This document shows positions 55,117 through 64,000 of a stretch of DNA of 64,000 nucleotides, piece by piece. Source of the DNA: the human T2T-CHM13v2.0 reference genome, Homo sapiens; NCBI RefSeq assembly GCF_009914755.1, contig NC_060929.1; one strand, written 5' to 3'. The translations under genes and the position numbers were made by a program. The notes below the pieces were generated by a model. It did not search any database, had not been told where the DNA came from, and was given only the letters and a program-made list of their open reading frames with translations. Positions within the stretch are counted from its first letter, which is position 1; every line of letters starts with the position of its first letter.

Positions 55117-58100
55117 GTCTTTCTTTGTAAACTTATTCTACAAGCCTTTTTTATTTGTAAAATTTTCTTTTTTTTTTTACTTTTGAAACTTTTTTGTTGA
55201 AAACGAAGACAAAAACACACACATTAGCCGATGCCTACACAGGATCAGGATCATCAATATCACTGTCTTCCTCCTCCACATCTTGTCCCACTGGAAGGTC
55301 TTCAGGGGCAATAACAGTCATGGAGCTGTCATCTCCTATGATAACATTGCCTTCTTCTGGAATACTCCCTGAAGGACCTGCCTGGAGCTGTTTTACACTT
55401 AACTTTTTTTTTTTTTAATAAGTAGAAGGATTATGCTTCAAAATAGTAAAAAGTGTGGTACAGTAAATGCATAAAACAGCAATGTAGTGGTTTATTGTCA
55501 CTACCAAGTATTATGTACTGTACATAATTATACATGCTAGACCTTTATATGACTGGCAGCACAGATGGTTTGTTTACACCAGCATCACCACAGACACTTG
55601 AGTAATGTATTGTATTGCATCGGCTATGATGTCACTAGGCCATAGGCATCTTTCTGCTTCCTCTAGTATAATCTTATGGGACCACCTTCTTATATGTAGT
55701 CATTGACCAAAACGTTTATCTACGGCACATGATTGTACAGAAAAAAAAAATATGTTGATGTTTCCTAACTTTCCATTCCTCCCAGGTTATGACTCCTGCT
55801 ACTTTTGACTGGGCCCTGCCTTCTTACTCTGGTTCAGTAACAGGGCTCCCATTTGGAAACTGGTACGAAGGCCCCAGTTGCCTACCCAGAAACAGCCTCA
55901 GGTGTTGCATGGGCAAACCTTACCCTTTGCCTCATGTGGGTGAGCCTATTTGAGAACATCTTAATAAAACGTTTCCTGATCACTATGGACAAAGGGATTT
56001 TTATTGTTGGGGTGGCCCAATATTTTCATGCCCCCGGATTCCCCCATTATTGTTTCCCTTTCTCTGATTCCTTGTCCACCATCTGCTCCTCTCTCATGGC
56101 TGTGTGTTTCTTCTTTAACGGTTGGGGATCAGGTTAGCAGCTGCAGGAGAACTTGATTAGTGCCTTGCCTCTGTGCAGAAGCATTTCCCTGACAGCATTG
56201 ATCCTGGTTTCGCTTTGCAGGCAGCTCCACAGAGAGGCTTGTGCTGCAATGGAGGTGGACTGTTGTCTGGTCAATGTGAGTTTGGGGCAGTCTACTAATT
56301 CATTCCTCTTTGCTCAGCTGTTAATTTTGCTTAAATAAGAGCTGCCTGCAAGTTTTCATTTAAAATCCACTGCCTGACTGAGACCTTGTGATGGCAAGAT
56401 TCAAAGACAATTTTTATTGCTAAGTTATTAGTCCTTTGAAAGAAGGAAAATTTGATGTTTAATATTTAAACAGTTTCTATTTTGCAAAATTCTTTGATAT
56501 CTGAATGTTAACTGTGTAACCATTTAAGGTCCATTTCCACAGACTTTTCCAGACATTTCAAGCATACAGGAATTTATTTGTAATGTTCCTGCATGAAAAA
56601 TTGCCATCTCTTTTCTGCCATGGTGGCCACTGCCAACAGATATGTCCATTACGAATGAAATAAAGAGGCACTTTATATTTTGATGCATTTCAATTTGTCC
56701 ATTACACCAGACTGTTCTTTTCTTGAGGAAAGGAACAAATTCCTTTCATCTTTAAAATGTTACCACTTTTTCAAGTTTTGGAAAATTTAACAGAATTTAG
56801 CACAGGGAAATTGCATTGTCTCTGGGCAAAGAGAATAACTGAGCATTTTCATTTCAGTTTTTTTCTTGATTTTTGGTTTGATGTTCAGGAGTCATTAAAA
56901 AAACTAGCATAAATGTGTTCAGGTGTAGCCCTGACTAAGGGTTCATTTCTCTATGTATTTTAATGATGGTCTTTTAGGACATCCCCACTTTTTTGGAGCT
57001 GGTGTTTCCCTTAACCAAAATGTTCCATCTCCAAAATACTGCACATGATAATTTAAAGGCATACTCTATTACCTGTACAAAATTGAACTCAATTACTCTC
57101 CAGCCCAAAACAAACTGTTCAACTTTTCCTTTTTGTAGTAGCCATAATTCCTACAAGTTTGTGCCATACCAATATAAGAAAGTGAATTCACAAGCTTCCA
57201 GTGGAGTACAATACAAATCTTCAGGTACAACACTAAAGTGTGGTACTAGGAAGAGAAGCCAAAGTCCACTGTGGTTCAAATTAACAAATTCATTCATGAA
57301 TGCTAATTATGAATTAAACTGTAGATTAAAAAGAATAAAACAAAACAACTTTCTTCCATAAATTGTGTACATTTGTGTAGAAAAAGAGGCAGCCTAATAT
57401 GGTGGAAACTAATCAGGTAGAAACCTAAGCTTTCGTCTTTAGTTTACTTTGCCAAATGACCTTGGGCAAATCATCCAACCAGTTGGTCATAGTTTCCTTA
57501 AGTATAAAATAGGGATAAATTATTCCAGATCAAAGATTATATGAAAACATTCCCAAAACTATAAAGCCACATTTATATATTTTTGGTTTATGGTTGGAGA
57601 CGTATTTGAAGTGTCTGCATTACTCAGAGCCCCTTTCTCCAGAAACTGCCCTTACCTGTAACCTTTGCTAAAGTGGTAGGCATAGCAGTCAAGTTTGTGC
57701 CACCCTCGCTAGTGACACTGGTGAACTAGGGATGGACACCTGAGCAAGGACACTCAATAGCAGTGGGGACTCAGATCTTCTCTTGAAATTAAAGAGACTT
57801 AAGAGTTTCCTCAGACAGTAATATGCTGATCATAAGAAATTGAGAACTATGGTAGCCATGTGCAACCATGAGCATGCTGATGAGCAGGCGGAAGGCAATG
57901 GAGAATGGAGCAGAGGTACAGAGAGGAGCAATAAGAGAAGAAGCAGATTTCCAGAAAAAAGGAAAAAGTGCCATAGGGTGGCAGGGGAGACAAAGGAAGT
58001 ACCTTAGTTCTAGGTCCGGTCCTTAATCCAGCCCATGGACTATACAACGATTTTTTTTTTTTCCTAGGATGGCCAGAAGATGGCCCATTTTAACCTCACA

Positions 58101-58439
58101 ATAAACTCCCTTGGAATGACTCTTCCTCGTAACCAATAGAGCTAAAACAATAATACCACAATTGGAAAGGTCGTTACCAAGACCACTGCAGATTTTATTG
58201 TACAAAAAGCAGAAGTTTCCAACTGTCCTTTGTAGCTACCAGGATGAAACTCTTTCCAGATATGCTTTTCCAGATGTAAAATGCAGATGGGACCATAGAC
58301 AACTGAGGAACAGGCCCACTTTGCAGCACATAGGTTTACTAAGTAGGTTTGAAAATGTACTTCAAACAATATGAGATGTTTTCCTCCAAAGGAATTATCT
58401 CCCTCTGAGTCCCCCTATATAACGTTTCAGAAGCCACAG

Positions 58440-58670
58440 AAAGCAGCACACTATAGTTGGAAACACCGTACACTTTAGAGTTAGACCCAAATTAAAGTTC
58501 TGGCTCTTCTAAATATGAACTCTGGACTTGGACAAGTTATTTAACCTCTCTTTCAGTTTTCTCATCTATACATGAAGAGTAACAATATTTCCTTTCCAGT
58601 TTGTTGTAAGGAATAAATGAGTTAATTTATGAAAAAAGCTTGGCACATATTAGGTACTCAACAAATGTTA
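58440..58670 (+). mobile_element. MIR
   Basis: TTGGACAAGTTATTTAACCTCTC..TCAGTTTTCTCATCTATA..TGGCACATATTAGGTACTCAACAAATGTTA. Confidence 0.8.
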
Positions 58671-58835
58671 ATCTTCTCCTTCCTCTGACTCACTATGTGA
58701 GTCCTATTACTTTACAGCCCATCACTGAATTTCACTCCAAATCAATAAGCATGATTTGGAAGAAAACAGAAATCTCTTTTTGACTTCTTGACCGAGTCAG
58801 CCAGAAAGTCTCCTACTACACAGGCTTTAAATAGC

Positions 58836-59197
58836 TGTCTTGGTCCATTCGGGCTGCTATAAGAAAATATCATAGACTGGGTGGCTTATAAACAAGAGAA
58901 ATTTATTTCTCACAGCTCTGGAGGCTGAGAAGTCCAAGATCAAGGCGCTGGCAGATTTGCTGCCTGGTACGGGCCTGCTTCCTCTTAGATGGCGCCTTCT
59001 CTCTGTGTCCTCACATGGTGGAAGGGGAGAATAAGCTTTTTGGGGCTTCTTTTATAAGGGCACTAATCCCACACATAAGAGCTCTGATCTTTCGACTTAA
59101 TCACCCTACAAAGACTCTACCTCCTAATACAATCACCTTGGGGGTTAGGATTTCAACACGTGAATTTTGTGGAGATGCGAACATTCAGACCATAGCA
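58836..59197 (-). mobile_element. MaLR solo LTR (MLT1A0-like)
   Basis: TGTCTTGGTCCATTCGGGCTGCTATAA...AAATTTATTTCTCACAG...GGATTTCAACA...ACATTCAGACCATAGCA; ~360 bp with TG...CA ends. Confidence 0.9.
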
Positions 59198-61340
59198 GAT
59201 TAGAATTGAAAAGAGCACCACAAAGGCCTGCTTCCATTCAGATATGCATATTTTGGTCAACAGATCACTTTCTCAGTGAAGTAACATCCGATGCTAATAC
59301 ACGTCCAAGCCCGTGTGTGCTTGTATCTACATGTACTAATAGCACACAGCCAACAGAGTGGCTTTTTTCACCAAATAGATTCAAGATTGACTTGTTAAGC
59401 ATATCTGCTCATTTGCATGAAGAAAGCTAGAATGCTTCACATACTGGGCACACTACTTCAATCTTCAGCTATAAAATCCATTAGGCTCCATAAGTTATTA
59501 TTTTGCTTAAAAGAGGAATATTCTTGACAAGGAAATCCTAGGAGAAATGCACTGCATGATGCCACAGGAAATGATTTCTGGAGGACTGCAATGAGTCCAG
59601 CCAAATCACTTCAGACATCTCCACAGCCTGTCAGTCCACGTAACACTACAGGAAAACACATGCGTTCATTAAAATGTCTGATTTCGTACATGCTAGATAT
59701 AGCAAAGAATCTGCTGGAAGCTGGACTTCGGTAGATATGACTAGTTTGCACCTTAAGGATTTAGATTGCATATTCTCAACTGAGGAGCACGAAAAGAAAA
59801 GAAGGCAAGGGGATCATGCTCTACTAGCTACACACAAGCAGAATTAGTCCTGAAGCAACCTGAGGAAAACATACAAGAATCATGAAACCCTAAAGGGGAA
59901 GATCCAGACTCTCTCCACCCATCCATGTCTAGTCCTGGTACCAGCCCAAATTACCTTGCAGCAGACACAAAATACAGAGAAATATTTATATCCTAAAAGA
60001 AGAGTTTTATTAAAAAAGAGTCAAAATACTAACTATACCCTAATACATTATATTCTTATGTTAATGTTCTTTTGTGGTTATGAAAAACCATAGCTCCATA
60101 AAGAATAGGAACAATGCACTTCCATTTATATTATTATTCTTACACTGTGCACATTACATGCTAATTCAACATTTGTAAGAGAGATATCAACAGTGACAAA
60201 TCAAGTTTCATCAGGTTAAATTGAGGATTTTGATAGTACCAAAATTAATAAGTCATAATCCACCAATCCATAGTTTTATACCAGCCTCTGTCTATTTAAG
60301 GTCAATTTGGAAAAGTTTTCAAGCAACTACTCTAAACCTAACCCCCTTTTTCATTTTGTTATTTGGTTAGTGTTTAACTAAATAAGTTTATAATATAAGC
60401 ATTAAGACTATCTAAAAAAGCATCCCCCCAGCACCCCCCCAAGAAAACCCACACTAATTTAGGTTAAAAACAAAGTAATGGCAGCAAAAGTGTCTTTAAG
60501 TTTTGCAATAATCCTTCCAGTACTTTTGCATCCCAAAAGGCTCCAGATGTGACCAGCCACTGCAAAATGGTAAGTTGTTTATCAGCATTCTACAATGGGA
60601 ACTGGCACCTGTAATTTTACTCTTATTTTGCATCAGCATTATTAAAACACGTAAAAAAAATGACCAAGTGAGGGTTTTGTGTAATCACACGTACACCTTC
60701 AGGGTGAAATGCTCTGTTGGCTGTCTGTTGTCCTGAAGGTGACGGCTATACCAAGCAGCTTCCTTCTCTGTTGTCTGTGTGTAGCTGCTATGAGCCTCCT
60801 TCTATAGGGAGTTTCTGCTGGTAGCAGTGACTGGAAAATAATGTGGAAATGTTGTTCTCACAGCCTGTAAAGAACCGACTGTTGATCACTTTTGATAATG
60901 CAAAGGATTACAGTGCTTTTCTTTTTCATTCATTTTTTTCTTGTTTTCATTTTTCTTTCTTTCTCCCTGTTGGTTGCTAATAGTCATCTGTAATTAGAAA
61001 GAGGCCCCTTGTCCGCCTCAGTCTGGAGTGAAGGTTTAAGAAATAAACATATTTGAATCATGTGATGACAATTAACCACTTTGTTAAGCCATAGATCCCA
61101 CTTCACCCTTACCACCTCCTCTTAACCCGGAGCTATGTTCCATCCTGCCTAAGGTTTTCCTCACTGCTTCAGCCTGCTCCCAACTTTCCAGTTGTTTAGA
61201 AACATGACAAACTGACTTTTGTTTGTTGGCACTTCAACAATGTAGATTATTGGAACTTCACTTTTGCTTGACTGCTGATTTCCAATCCTATATAGCAACA
61301 AAGTGTAATTTGTTACTGATATAAAATCAATGGGAGCTAG

Positions 61341-61724
<384 letters not shown>

Positions 61725-62183
61725 TGAAAACAGGTCATTTTTTAAAAGACTCTTTCTGCAAGTCCTTTGCATACATGTGAAGAGAGATGAGTTGGGAAAC
61801 TGAGGAGCAGAGGGTTTAAGTGACTCACCTAGGACAGCAGAGTGAGTCATCACCAAGCTGAAGTGGGGACTCGGTGTTCCTGACAGCTGATGGTCAGCAC
61901 AATACACTTGATTATATGGCCTTGGGAGTTAGAGCTCCACAAAACTCTCATTTCTGGTTTAAACTGGGCTTTGACTAGTTTTGTTTCTGCTTCTTATTAA
62001 TGGCAGTTAAACATGTATTGATACAGTCAAATAACCACAAGGCCAGGGATGCTCTACTTAAGGCCATCCAGGAACTTCCAATTGCTGTTTGCTGTGCACA
62101 GGCATACTGAAGCTTAGCGTGCTGAGTATCCAGCAAAACCTAGCACGATCTTTATTTCCCTAAGTTAGTTTTAAAATTGTCTT

Positions 62184-62795
<612 letters not shown>

Positions 62796-62881
62796 TTAAA
62801 GAGGGTTGAGAAAAGAGGCAGAGACTAATAGACTCGGGTTAAAAGCTGGCAAAGAGTGGGAGTGTTTGAAGATGTATGAAA

Positions 62882-62928
62882 TGCATTCCAGGCTGGGTGA
62901 CAGGGCAAGACTCTGTTTCAAAAAAAAA
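62882..62928 (+). mobile_element. Alu 3'-terminal fragment
   Basis: TGCATTCCAGGCTGGGTGACAGGGCAAGACTCTGTTTC plus A9. Confidence 0.85.
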
Positions 62929-64000
62929 GATTGTCTTTAGTGTCAGCATGGTCAAAATGTTTACATCCATCCAAACAGCTTATTTCAAAACAAATACACC
63001 CAGCAGTCGGCCAATCAAGGCTTAATATTAGGAGAGTCTTATTAATATGAAATGTGCAAGGCTGTGAAACGTGTAGGTGAATGAGAAGATAAAAAGATGT
63101 AGAGTGGTCACATCCCTACTCGAATGAAAGTGAGACCTCATGCACGACTGACCAGATGAGAGTGACCACGGTGTCCCAGTGACAGCTGTGTCAGGATCCA
63201 TTAATGTTTCATAACTCACGGGGCCCATTATTAAGCATGCCTCTCCTCAACAGCGTTTGGGGGTTTGACCCGAGTCCTCTGCATGTCACTTCATTTTAAA
63301 AGGCTATTTTTCAAATCTGGAGCCATCATCGAAGGTCTCAAAAGATAAGTTATTTAATGGATAACAGAGTATTTTTTAGTAATATTAGTTATTTTAAAGA
63401 AATAAGGTGAGACTCCTAAAAGCTGGAGCCAAAGGATCCTTCTGACTTGAGTGTGAAGGAAAAGACCCTCTCTTCTCCACCATAAGCTCTCAGTGTAGGA
63501 GAGTCCCTTGGGCGAAGGCAGAATCTGGAGAGAATCAAGATCTCCCCCTGAACTTACCAGAAGCCCTTGGAGAAGCCCTGGAACCACCTGTCTCTAATTA
63601 ATCTCTCCTGTATTCCCTTAGCACTTACACCTCATAATTATATTTATGATTGTAATTGTATTATATTACAGTTCAGATCTCCTTATGATAAATACCATCA
63701 TAATGAAAACTTCACTATTATCAAAAGATTCCCCAGCCTTAGCCAATAAACTACTTATTTCGGAAATCCAATAAAATAAGGTTCTATTGAAATACAATAA
63801 TTTGGATGTTCCTTCAATTATGTTGTAAAGGAATTTGACCTTGCGGCTATATTCTTTGTCATGTGAGAGTGCACGGGCCCTTCCTCTGGATCATAAGATC
63901 CTTAACAAAATAGTCCCTAAGACAGTTTCTTACGTAGTAGATGCTTAATAAACACTAGAACAAGTGAATGATTTGCAATAGATGTGTAATGGAAACTGGA

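Noticed and set aside
63104-63169. GTGGTCAC...GTGACCAC 8-bp inverted repeat
   Set aside because: Short arms 50 nt apart with no convincing internal pairing; chance-level in 64 kb.

Overview
Primate (human-like, contains AluY) genomic DNA with one protein-coding element. This is the first coding exon of SSBP2 on the minus strand (23583-23644, [20 protein letters not shown] + AA|GTAAGT), inside a ~2.4 kb CpG island (~22370-24790). Everything left of 23583 is SSBP2 intron 1; I saw no exon 2. Everything right of the island is upstream intergenic DNA rich in Alu, MIR, L2, old L1, MaLR/ERVL LTR and DNA-transposon relics. None of the ORFs in the supplied track looks like a real gene: they are Alu/L1-derived, GC-rich stop-poor CpG-island frames, or random. 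I see no new multi-gene system. The best second-look items are: (i) two Kozak-context uORFs linked by a TGATG stop/start overlap just upstream of the SSBP2 ATG; (ii) a long C/T mirror-repeat tract in the promoter of a gene whose family was described as binding single-stranded pyrimidine tracts; (iii) a tailless 43-nt 5S rRNA retrocopy whose 3' end overlaps its target-site duplication; (iv) an Alu-Alu-spacer-Alu-tail composite bracketed by one TSD; (v) a pre-miRNA-like hairpin in repeat-free DNA; (vi) splice signals hinting at divergent or upstream non-coding transcripts. Repeat subfamily calls are by eye from remembered consensus sequences, and boundaries of old repeats are approximate.
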